Position numbers and translations under genes: made by a program. Of a DNA stretch of 64,000 bases, positions 1-9,500 are shown one piece after another. Source of the stretch: Tubulanus polymorphus (taxonomy: Eukaryota > Animalia > Nemertea); assembly GCF_964204645.1 (NCBI RefSeq), contig NC_134028.1, positions 27,214,345 through 27,278,344 on the forward strand, given 5' to 3'. Under the pieces are notes generated by a model that was given only the letters and a program-made list of their open reading frames with translations, was not told the origin of the DNA and ran no database searches. Position 1 is the stretch's first letter. Every line of letters begins with the position of its first letter.

Positions 1-78
1 CATTCTCAAATATTGAGTCATGAAGGCAACAGAAATAACTTTAAAAAATGTTAAATCTTTCATTTATGGCCTTGGTTT

Positions 79-327
79 AGTGACCTAAGCGTCAAAGTTT
101 GGTTCATAGCCCAGGTTTGGTGACCAAAGAGTCAAAGTTTGGTTCATAGCCCAGGTTTGGTGACCAAAGAGTCAAAAGTTTGGTTCATAGCCCTGTTTTG
201 GTGACCAAAGTGTCAAAGTTTGGTCTATGGTTCTGATTTGGTGACCAAAGAGTTAAAGTTTGGTTCATAGCCCTGTTTTGGTGACCAAAGAGTCAAAGTT
301 TGGTCTATGGTTCTGATTTGGTGACCA
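79..327. repeat. 40-bp tandem repeat (6 copies; also ~10752-11000, 21650-21817, 33475-33642, 56006-56053)
   Basis: Unit GGTGACCAAAGAGTCAAAGTTTGGTTCATAGCCCAGGTTT. Copy number varies between large units. Confidence 0.92.
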
Positions 328-923
328 CGGAGGGTAAATATAGCTCATGAGCGTTGCATATGTTGAATAGGGGAATTGGACTAAACACTCATCACTAGAA
401 TAAAGTGAAGAATTATGTTCACACTGAATGGGCTCAAAATCTTGTACTAATTGATAAAATCTGAAATAATTCTGACTAATTTGAGTCTATCGGAAAATGA
501 TGCATTGATCGAAGTCTAAAAGCTATAAACTGACAAATTGATCGAGCACTGATAATATTTTAAATAACAGCGGAGGATGAAATAACTTTCATAAACTGAT
601 ATGATCGTGAAAAATGGCAAAATACACTAGATACACCTCCCCCACGCTTCATCAGAGTCTCATTGTAGTAGGAAGATTGCCGTAGCCTAACTGTAAAAAC
701 TACAACTACATCTGGTTGAATATCATTTGTTTTTACGGCTTTTAAATTCAGTAAAATATTTCCTAATATAAGTATAATTAGTTCGCAGCCCCTTAAATTC
801 TGTCTAGGATAGAATTATAAGTCACAGGTAGAAATAGAATATTATCCTATTCTAAAATGAATATAACAATAGAACAATAGTCTCTCCGTGTCAATCTTTG
901 TCCCACCTAAAAATTGTACAGTT

Positions 924-1549
924 TATTTCAGAAAATGTGTCCCATCTTTTTGAAAAGGAGATAACTAATTATTAAGGATATCTATGAATAGTGATATACT
1001 GTGCCATGAAGGCAAATGAAGAAGTGTGTCAATAAAAGTGATTACAAAACATATCACTTATTCTAATGAGTTCTATACTCTTCTTCCAAAAATGAAGAGT
1101 AGGTCTCTGTCTAAGAATCTGCAGAAAAAAGAGGAGGCAGCAATGAATGTGACTGCATCTCGACTCTCATCAACAATTTTCTAAGTCGTCCTATACAGTT
1201 CTTCATTTTAGAACCAGTATTTACAGCCGTTTCTAAAATAGCACAGAAGAAAATACATCTTTCAGCTGGAAATGTATCAGTAAACCCCAAATTCAGAAAT
1301 CTGGGGGCAATTATCTCATAACGATTGAGAGAAGTGACAGTGAAATAACGTGCGCACTCACCGGGGATCAAACCCAGGTCTCATAGAAATAACAACCAGT
1401 AAAATAGAACGAGTCCAATTGGCCGATGCTTATACAGCTTACTGTAACATGACAAGTTGCAGTCACACATGTTGCGGCCACATGACGTGTTTCATAATGA
1501 TTAATCCTTTCTTAGAATAATAAAAAGATGGGACACATTTTCTGAAATA
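924..1549. repeat. Perfect 28-bp inverted repeat bracketing a ~570-bp segment
   Basis: TATTTCAGAAAATGTGTCCCATCTTTTT (924-951) and its reverse complement (1522-1549). Present in all copies. Confidence 0.85.
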
Positions 1550-1602
1550 TCCTGAATTTCGAGACTAAAACTACGACTAAACCACCTGTACCTGTACCAA
1601 AA

Positions 1603-1796
1603 CCCTCACCCTATATCCCTCCCTCCAAAGTCCTACCACCACCCCTACATCCCTCCCACCCTCCCTCACCCCTTCCCTCCCGGACCCTTTCCCTCCCGCC
1701 CTCCCTCACCCCTTCCCTCCCGCCCTCCCTCACCCCTTACCTCCCGCCCTCCCTCACCCCATACCTCCCCCAAACCTACCCGCCCTCCCTTAACCC
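1603..1796. repeat. C-rich low-complexity tract 1 (G-rich on minus; also 12273-12468, 23254-23748, 35104-35375, 57285-57517)
   Basis: Iterated CCCTCCCGCCCTCCCTCACCCCTT-type motifs of variable length. Confidence 0.93.
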
Positions 1797-1799
1797 TAT

Positions 1800-1997
1800 G
1801 GTTAGGTGAGATGAATGTTCTGATGTTTTAGTTAGACGGATGGGAATCTAATGAAGATGAGAGAACATTAAATCACTGTTCAATCACAGGATGAAGTAAT
1901 GCAGTGATCTGTATCTCAGTATCTGTACACAATGTTACATGTATCTGTAACTGTACAATCAGTATGAAATAAGTACAGCAGTTTAATCTATAGAAAT
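1800..1997 (+). repeat. ~200-bp inverted-repeat arm A (also 12471, 23753, 35378, 57521)
   Basis: Near-identical reverse complement of 9027-9224. Confidence 0.93.
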
Positions 1998-3254
1998 TCT
2001 AACTCTTAAGATACACATGATCTGATTGTCACGAAGGAACATGATTGATAACAGTTGTATTATTGACATCAGGAACCAGTTTCATATTGATTAGAAATAA
2101 CATTTGAGTTGACCACAATTTAGAAAACCTGTAAACCCGCTTACAGAAATAACAATCCCAATCATGAACTGATTATAGTCAAATATTCACCAAAAGAAAT
2201 TTGAAATGATTGAATAAATGCAACAGGTTTCTGAGATTTCATTTCAAAACATGGTTTATAACAAACAATATAAAATTGGTCCCTAAAAATCAATTCAACA
2301 ACCGATAAATAAAGATTAATGTTACTTATCTTGAATTTCCACATAGGTTATAGTGATTCCTGATGTCATGCTGAATCCAAGAATGATTCCCGATGTCCGG
2401 CGCGAAACCAAAAAAGTCTGATTGTGAAACACTGATTCCTTGTTGTCCTGTGCTGAATCTAAGAGTGATTCTTGTTTTCCTGTGCTGAATCAAAATTCCT
2501 GTTGAACATGTTGAAGTGATACCTATAATAGACAAATCTAAGATTGTTTTCTTTCCTCAGAAATAACTGCAGAAATATCAAATCTAAAATTCAAACTTAC
2601 AAATTAGATTGTTCACTCCAATCTGCAGTTCATTTATTCACGGGGTTTTTCTATCCACAGTTTAGGTTTTGCATCTAGAGTTGAACATGAAATATAAACA
2701 AAAAGGTGATGAAAAAATGATCAGTTTAAATATTATCTGTTTCTGAAACCAATGATCATCATCGTCATCGTGGCAGGGGTTCATGCTGTGGCTGAGTGTA
2801 GCGAGCGATGTCATCAGGTTGGAATCCCTCCCATGGGAGGATGTTGGTTGGTGTCCGACACGTTTGGACTGTGTGTGGTGGTGATTAGGCCTAATATCGG
2901 TTTAGCGACAGATGAAATAAACTTACACTGTTTTCACAATTTGATGTAATCAGTCGATGGAATCATTTTAGAACAAATTCATCACAAAACAGCGAGGTGA
3001 AGCCCATCGTGGTCTAGATATATCGGGATGGAATGACGTCGATATGCTCGACTGAGCGCCACCAGTCCACAAGTGCACCGTTTGTAGGATGTACCTCTGA
3101 AATAATTTGATTTCCCACAATATCTGAGATGGAATATTTTTCGCCATTTAAACCAATGTTACAAACACTTACCAAATATTGAAATACTGATTTCAGGGGC
3201 CGGGAAGGAGGGTGGCAATGTTTAGGTGAGGTTTTTGCTAAATTTCGTGTTATG

Positions 3255-3400
3255 GTAAAGCACGCCATTTTGATATTGCGTCATAGTGTACCTCAGATTG
3301 GGATTCCCGCCGCTAGACTGGTCACCGCCACCTGCATTCGCAAGTAGAAATGGCAACCAGTCTATTGCAGGTCTCGGCTTCTTTTCGATTATATTGGATT
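3255..3400 (-). promoter_or_regulatory. Putative Pol II start region of the minus-strand gene (also ~14200, 25590, 37090, 59370)
   Basis: YY1-type AAAATGGCG (plus strand CGCCATTTT, ~3263) with an adjacent CRE-like TGACGCA, directly upstream of the first GTAAGT donor (~3170). Confidence 0.45.
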
Positions 3401-3675
3401 TTTATATTCTACGCATCAAAGAATCTATTCTAATGAAACCCACGCTCTTGGATCAAAGGCCCGTGGATTACTACTTTAGTTCACAGAAATTCCGCTATCG
3501 TTATTCATAGGGGCAGCACTGAACGGTTGTTATCTGATGCAGTCTTGCTATTTTACTGTGGCATGTGAGGAATACAGATTTTTCTTAAGTCAAATTTCAT
3601 TCATCACTCAACACTAGTTTGTTAGAAATTAATAACTCTACCAACATTAGAGCTTTATATAAGGAGAGTAAATGG

Positions 3676-3854
3676 TATGATAGAATCTCCCTAATTCCGA
3701 TCATTGGGACCAACAAAATTCATCGTTTTACGGCAAATCCGGATTAAAAGTCATTTTCGTGTATATTAATGATTAAATTGACTGTAAATATTATCCGGAT
3801 TAGACCAAAATTCGGATTAAGCCGATGCGGATTAAACGATTTAGTTTGACTGTA
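3676..3854. mobile_element. Degenerate Tc1/pogo-type MITE
   Basis: Ends in AGTTTGACTG-TA (CAGTCAAAC-type terminus) with internal CGGATTA repeats. The left terminus is degraded. Confidence 0.5.
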
Positions 3855-4106
3855 TTAGCCGATAGAATCAGTCTTGGAATACAGAAAGACGTTCACGATT
3901 GAGTTATGTACAAATACCGATATGAGAAAAGCTTAGATTCACCTCCTTAGCCATCACCCATGGAAATGGCCCCAGGGCACTAAAAAGGCAATTACTAAGA
4001 AACAAACACTGACGCGAGTGTTGGCCTGTTTGATAAACGCAGTAACCCTAGTGTTGGCCTTGTACCACACTGACCACACGTATTCACAAACTTAGTCAGC
4101 CACCAG

Positions 4107-4233
4107 AACTCAGCGGTCTAGTGGTTGGCGTGCTCGGCTGGCATGCTGGAGTTCGCAGGTTCGAGTCCTGCTAGGGTTAGGGTTACGGTCGATCTAGGGT
4201 TAGGGTTAGTGCCTCAGGTTGGGGCTAATTTTT
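4107..4233 (+). ncRNA. tRNA-derived element (pseudo-tRNA/SINE head, GGC at the anticodon position) with TTAGGG tail and T5
   Basis: 73-nt cloverleaf-like region at 4107-4179: A-box GGTCTAGTGG, T-arm GCAGG-TTCGAGT-CCTGC, imperfect acceptor stem AACTCAG/TAGGGTT, poorly paired D and anticodon stems. Two TAGGGTTAGGGTTA blocks follow, then TTTTT at 4229-4233. Confidence 0.7.
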
Positions 4234-4523
4234 GGCCCAGCGAGGTATTTGTAGTACGATGATCGTCTGTTTGACTCGGGTTATTTTTTGGTCAATAGAT
4301 TCTATACTAACTTATATATTTTGAACACAAATATTCGCTTTATCCTTAGAAGCCACTTTATTTAAAAGATACTTCGCTCAATACAGTAGTTTATTTCTGA
4401 ATGAATGAAAGAGTTGGTGACATTATTCAATATATATATATATATAAACCACAATATCTACTTTACGGTTGGTATGCAACAATTTCCACTCTTTTCCATA
4501 TAGGTGTCGCTTTGGATAAATGT

Positions 4524-4913
4524 CTATATCTCTTGACCCAATGGACCGATTACGATTAAACTTGATACACAGGAACTTTTATCAAGTAGCACTCGGGGTG
4601 GGTGAAATCGCTCTAGGTTGAAGTTACACTGTCCTAAAATGGCTCCAAACAACGTGAAATTGGTAGTTAGGCCTACTTCGAGTACGGGTAGAACACAGTT
4701 TGAAATCGTATCGTTGTAGGTTATCGTAAAGAAGATGAATCCGTAGGCACCTAATACGACGATTAACAGTACAAATATCGATATAGACACGCGGTTTTAG
4801 TCGAGACATTGATCGCCGGGTTTAAACATTCCTGGATATGACCATGTTTCACAATTAAATTCATCTTCTAAATGAGGACGACCATCGATCACGTGTCTAA
4901 TCGCATCATAATG
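4524..4913 (-). pseudogene. Possible LDLa-repeat/GPCR (GRL101-like) gene relic (also ~15465, 27125, 49681; partial at 42059 and 60678)
   Basis: 130 codons with one internal stop. HVIDGRPHLEDEFNCETWSYPGMFKPGDQCLD resembles the LDLa junction CDG..C...EDE.NC....CPGMFKC...C with Cys codons mutated. It is followed in frame by hydrophobic SISIFVLLIVVLGAYGFIFFTI and SNCVLPVLEVGLTTNF. Confidence 0.4.
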
Positions 4914-5563
4914 GGTACGGGGTGTCCCGCGTTCGAACCAAGTAATTACTGATACTGGTTCAGAGTGGTATTGATACTGAATAGAGGATGTACAGGGGTA
5001 TCCCGAGTTCGAACCCAGTAATTACTGATACTGATTCACAGAGGTCCTGATGCTGATTAGATGATGTACAGGGGTGTACCCAGTAGTGGTCCAAGTTGTC
5101 CTGATGCTGGATGGAGGATGTACAGGGGTGTCCCGACCGTACGGTGCTGCCGCTATGCTCATCGTTAGCGGGATTTCCGTACACTTACTGAAGTCAACTC
5201 TGGCAATCGTCGTGCTGTCGAGTTATACTCCGTTACCCTTGCTTGCCAGAGTTGACTAACGTTAGTGTATGAAAATCCCGCTACCGATGAGCATAGAGGC
5301 AGCACCGTACGGTAAAATGTTGATATCTTAACAAAAGTAATTACTGATAACTGATTCAGAGTGGTCCTGGTCCTGAATATAGGATGTAGAGGGGCATCCC
5401 GGGTTCAAATCCGGTCTATTGATACTGATTCTGATTGGTCCTGATGCTGAATGGAGGATGTACAGGGGTATCCCGGGTTCGAACTCAGTAATTACTGATA
5501 CTGATTCAGAGAGGTCCTGATGCTGATTAGAAAATGTACAGGGGTGTCCCGGGTTCGAACCCA
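4914..5563. repeat. ~75-bp degenerate tandem array containing a palindromic B-box-like GGGTTCGAACCC
   Basis: Unit GGATGTACAGGGGTRTCCCGGGTTCGAACCCAGTAATTACTGATACTGATTCAGAGTGGTCCTGATGCTGAATGGA. Also ~15855-16500, 27515-28130, 50062-50721 and 60895-61520. Confidence 0.88.
5142..5307. mobile_element. MITE with ~45-bp TIRs and TA flanks (Tc1/mariner-type)
   Basis: TA|CGGTGCTGCCGCTATGCTCATCGTTAGCGGGATTT...AAATCCCGCTACCGATGAGCATAGAGGCAGCACCG|TA. Also ~16079, 27809, 50301 and 61166. Confidence 0.8.
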
Positions 5564-5581
5564 GCACTATTCTAGGTTGTT

Positions 5582-5740
5582 GGGATCATTCATTTATTAC
5601 GTACGCATAAAATTTGAAATTTTCAACCCCCCTCCCCCTCTGTACGCAAAATCGGACATTTTCTCATATACATTAAGCATTACAGTACGCAATTGCACTG
5701 ACCCCCTCCCCTAATGCGTACGTAAAAAATGAATGACCCC
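5582..5740. mobile_element. MITE with 3-bp TSD (PIF/Harbinger-like); also 16519-16677 and 50741-50905
   Basis: TIRs GGGATCATTCATTTATTACGTACGCAT / ATGCGTACGTAAAAAATGAATGACCCC, with GTT on both sides. Absent from copies 3 and 5. Confidence 0.85.
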
Positions 5741-5913
5741 GTTTCTCGAAAAATGATAAAATAACGTAAACACGACTTACAGCAAAATTTATCTACATTT
5801 ATTCCTCATTGTCATGTAATGCACCTGCCTTTTCAAGAATAGTAGTTGGACCATCGAATTGAAACCCTCGCATACCAGGGTGAAAAAGAATAAATGAATC
5901 CCTCGAGAGGACA

Positions 5914-6356
5914 CCAGGGGTCGCAGTTTCACAAAAAACGATGCATTTTTTAAATGAATTTGCGAAGAAATTTAATCTGGATCAAATCTCACAAAAAGGA
6001 CAAAACAGATGAACTCTGTTTTTTTTTTGTTAATCTTTGATGATAATTAATCCGTCGGTAGGATTTGGTTTATGATGCGGGTTTCAATCAGATTTAGATG
6101 CCGCAGTTTCGCACACTGAATAGCGAGTGTCCAGTTTCACAGAGAAAGGATGAATCAATTTCAACTTGGATTTAATTTTTTCTTCAAAATAAAATGTTTG
6201 AACGCAATTGGTTCGTGAAACTGTACCCTAGGCTCAGTTTCTTCAAAAATATTCATTTATTGAGACGGTAAAGTCGAATTGAGTAAATTATTTCTATGAA
6301 ACTGAACCCGTGGGATTTACGTGTGACGCACTGAGTGTGTGTGAAACTGCTGGCGT
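5914..6356. mobile_element. Cluster of nested or adjacent MITE remnants with CAGTTTCAC/GTGAAACTG termini
   Basis: Forward termini at ~5925, 6104, 6132 and 6235; reverse termini at ~6215, 6296 and 6341. Confidence 0.6.
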
Positions 6357-6369
6357 CTGTAATCACAAC

Positions 6370-6401
6370 TACTAAAACAACACAGAAAATTCATCTTTAT
6401 T
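6370..6401 (-). terminator. Putative polyadenylation signal with GU-rich downstream element
   Basis: Minus strand reads AATAAA...TTTTCTGTGTTGTTTTAG. Conserved in 4 copies and mutated in copy 5 (~62318). Confidence 0.5.
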
Positions 6402-9026
6402 TCAAATAAAACAGAACAACAGTTCACACGAAATAATTATTATAGTCCCATAATAAAGAAAACCTGTCGATATTTCAACTTTATGGTTTCATTGATTGAG
6501 TTACTTGTCAAAACATGTCCATATTACATCATTATACAATATGTGTATCATACAATTTTTTTTACAAAACCAGACCAATAAAACTGGGTCGTGGGGTACA
6601 AACAATTACAAACTAATGCAACCAGTTATCGCTGCTTTACAGCTACATTTAATCTTCAATTTCAATTTTCACTAAAACTTTAACACCCACTATATAGAAA
6701 CTTAATAGAAGTAAAAGACACAACATTTTGGAGTCTCTGTAGAGACAATCATCAAGTCTGAAGAATAACTAAAACAGGGAAAAATAAGTTAATTGGGAAA
6801 GTAAAGCGAGTGTTCAGTGCTAAGGTCGAGAGGTTTTGTTATTTTGTTCGTATAGGTTGTTCTAGTTATTTCTTCATTATACTTTTATTATTTTGATTCT
6901 GATTCTTGATAAATGAATTTTGCCTTTTAAATTTGCATATAACAGGGTTTAAATCATATATTCTATGCCCGAGTCAGGCTATCATTCTATTAGCAAAAAT
7001 GACACCACAGCTTTGAGAGACGAATCAGGGGATGACTCGATTGTTTTTATGGATATGTGATACACAGTCTATCAAACCATCATAAACAGAACAACAGTAG
7101 GCTGCCCATGCCGGTCGGCACATATGAACAATATTCATTTGGCTTTAAACTTAAAAATTGCAGATCTGAAATAAGTGGCAGCATATCAATCTCCAGGTAG
7201 ATGGCTGGTTCCTGTCCCTGTCAAATGGCAAATTGGTCCCGATCCCCACTTCGTCCTAGAATAGAGAAAACTTGCGTCAGCAAACATTACATTGAAAATG
7301 TTCGATTGAATTAACAGTCAAGTGGGAATTATTGTTTTCATGAAATATTTCGGAAACTAGAATTTATCATTACCTTATAATTCTAGATAATTCAACACCA
7401 TTATTTAATCTTTGGTCAATTTTCAAACTGTTCAATTGGACAAATTTCATGCTGCAAAAAATCATCATACTATGAAAAAGTAACGTATTTATAGCAGTCT
7501 GAAATTGGGGCTAAATTCTATTAGAAAATCAATCATTTTCAAACTTGTGTTGAGCAGAATTAAGCAGCATCAGCTGCAGCAGCATCAGCCGCACTTCTTT
7601 CCGGAGAATCACACATAAAAATTCTGTACAGAATAATTAAATGTTAGAATATTATGAAATTAGAGCACAGTGGAGTGATGAAAGACTCACCATTTCTAAA
7701 CTCATATCAGATAAATTCAGTGCCATCTAGCAGGATTTCACTTCCAACAGTCATAATGTCATGAAGTTAAGAGAACTGATGATTTTCTGAGAAAATAAAT
7801 TCTTAAAACGATAGCAGCAGCTTCAGCAACTAGAGCTTCTTTACTCTTTGAAGGTGAATATTTTTAATTTCTCCAGTTCCAAAAAGTGTTGGGCGTATTG
7901 CATTCTGGAAAGAGAAAATTATGCCAGAAAATGGTTAATGAAATAGATAGAAACTGCAACTTGTTTGTGTTCGATTGACAGAAAACCTACCAGGTTAATG
8001 AGTAGTTAATCACAATGTGTCGAGTATATGCAGATTTCTGAGAGGTTTGATGGTAGCTTTAGACTACATCCTCTAGTAAAACGTTGATACCTGCCAACAT
8101 TGACCGATCAAAACATCATTTTCTGGACTTGATTTGAAGATCACCACAAATTACTGCAATAAATCGATATAAAACTCACCGCTTCTGACTTGTTTGATTT
8201 GTGGAGCGCAATGTTAACTGCAAGTTCAGCTTTATTTTGGACCCTAGAATACAAAAGTTGTATAATTTTGATGATTCAAACTTTGACCAGAATAGAAGTG
8301 ATTGAAAATTCGCCTTCACTGATTAATGTAGCTTCTAATCAGGAAATGAGTTTATAAATGTACAGTCAAACAGAGACTAGAATCTGTAGAGATATTTACC
8401 GGTACTGTATTTGTTTTGAGGACTTAAAGCGATGTCCATCTTAAACAAATGTGAAGTGAATTCCCAATGTTTACTGTTCACAGATTCTATCAAGGGTTCC
8501 AGTTATTTCAGCTCCTAAATACAAATTTTAGAAATTTTCAGTGAAGCTGTTATGAAATAAGAGCAGTTTCACACAAAATTAAACTAAGCCGTGATCTTTG
8601 AGCGGTTGAATGCTGGAAACATGAACAGATCGAATAATTTATATAGAACAGTTCTCTAAAAATAATGAATTTCCAAACAGGTTTTACCTGCTGCCGCTGC
8701 TGGTGGCGCTGTTGCTGCATGGTGCTGGCACTGCAGGTACTGCTAGTGCTGCTGTTGCTGCTGCTGCGGTGTGTATCTCATCCTGTAACTGAGAGTAAAA
8801 CAGTAATTTTTAGTTCAAAAATAATTCAAAATATCAACAGAGACTGTGAAGAATTCTGTGGAGAAATTCATTAACAGTTTTGTGCTTATCTTTAAATGAG
8901 CGTGTTTAAATAGTAAATTCTATTGCATTCATTTCATTCTGAAAAGAAAAAGAAACAATAATCAGTGACAATAGAGCAGAATGTAACATCTCAAATTATC
9001 AATCAATCAGACAGAAACAGTACAGG

Positions 9027-9224
9027 ATTTCTGTGGATTAAACTGCTGTACTTATTTCATACTGATTGTACAGTTACAGATACATGTAACATTGTGTACA
9101 GATACAGAGTACAGATCACTGCATTACTTCATCCTGTGATTGAACAGTGATTTAATGTTCTCTCATCTTCATTAGACTCCCATCCGTCTAACTAAAACAT
9201 CAGAACATTTCAACTCATCTAACC
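9027..9224 (-). repeat. ~200-bp inverted-repeat arm B (also 19982, 31710, 54224)
   Basis: ATTAAACTGCTGTACTTATTTCATACTGATTGTACAG...CATCTAACC is the reverse complement of arm A. Confidence 0.93.
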
Positions 9225-9500
9225 TCCCGACCCAACCCTCCCAGACCCCATCCCTCCCGCCCTCCTTCCCATATCCCTTCAATCCCGCCTCCCGACCGCT
9301 TCCCTCCCACCCTCCCTCGCCCCTTCCCTCCCACCTCCTTCCCTCCCTCACCCCTTCCCTCCCGCCCTTCCCGACCCCTTCCCTCCCGCCCATACCCTAG
9401 CCCTCCCTCAATGCCCCCCCCCCACCTGGCCCTCCCTCAATGCCCTCCCACAATGCCCTCCCACCTAGCCCTACCTCAATGCCCTCCCTCAATGCCTCCT
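9223..9500. repeat. C-rich low-complexity tract 2 (also 20178-20418, 31906-32120, 54419-54750)
   Basis: CCCTTCCCTCCC and CCCTCAATGCCCTCCCACCT iterations. Confidence 0.93.

Noticed and set aside
3014-3268. 84-aa ORF (or 74-aa spliced version) from the AAAATGGCG ATG
   Set aside because: The ATG is part of a YY1-type motif, the frame is broken in copies 4a and 5, and no domain is recognisable.
4107-4179. Functional tRNA-Ala(GGC)
   Set aside because: D and anticodon stems are poorly paired, the acceptor stem has a mismatch, most copies have C8, and this anticodon is not normally used in eukaryotes.
4172-4210. Telomerase RNA template or a true telomere
   Set aside because: Only two short blocks of about two repeats each, multicopy and interstitial. 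No pseudoknot or H/ACA features were identifiable on the C-rich strand.
8268-8325. Intronic C/D snoRNA (TGATGA...CTGA)
   Set aside because: The boxes are on the strand opposite to the splice signals, and no terminal stem or rRNA guide was recognised.
9172-9393. Gly/Arg/Glu-rich ORFs (also 20155, 35107, 54416, 57288)
   Set aside because: Translations of low-complexity G-rich tracts whose length and frame differ between copies.
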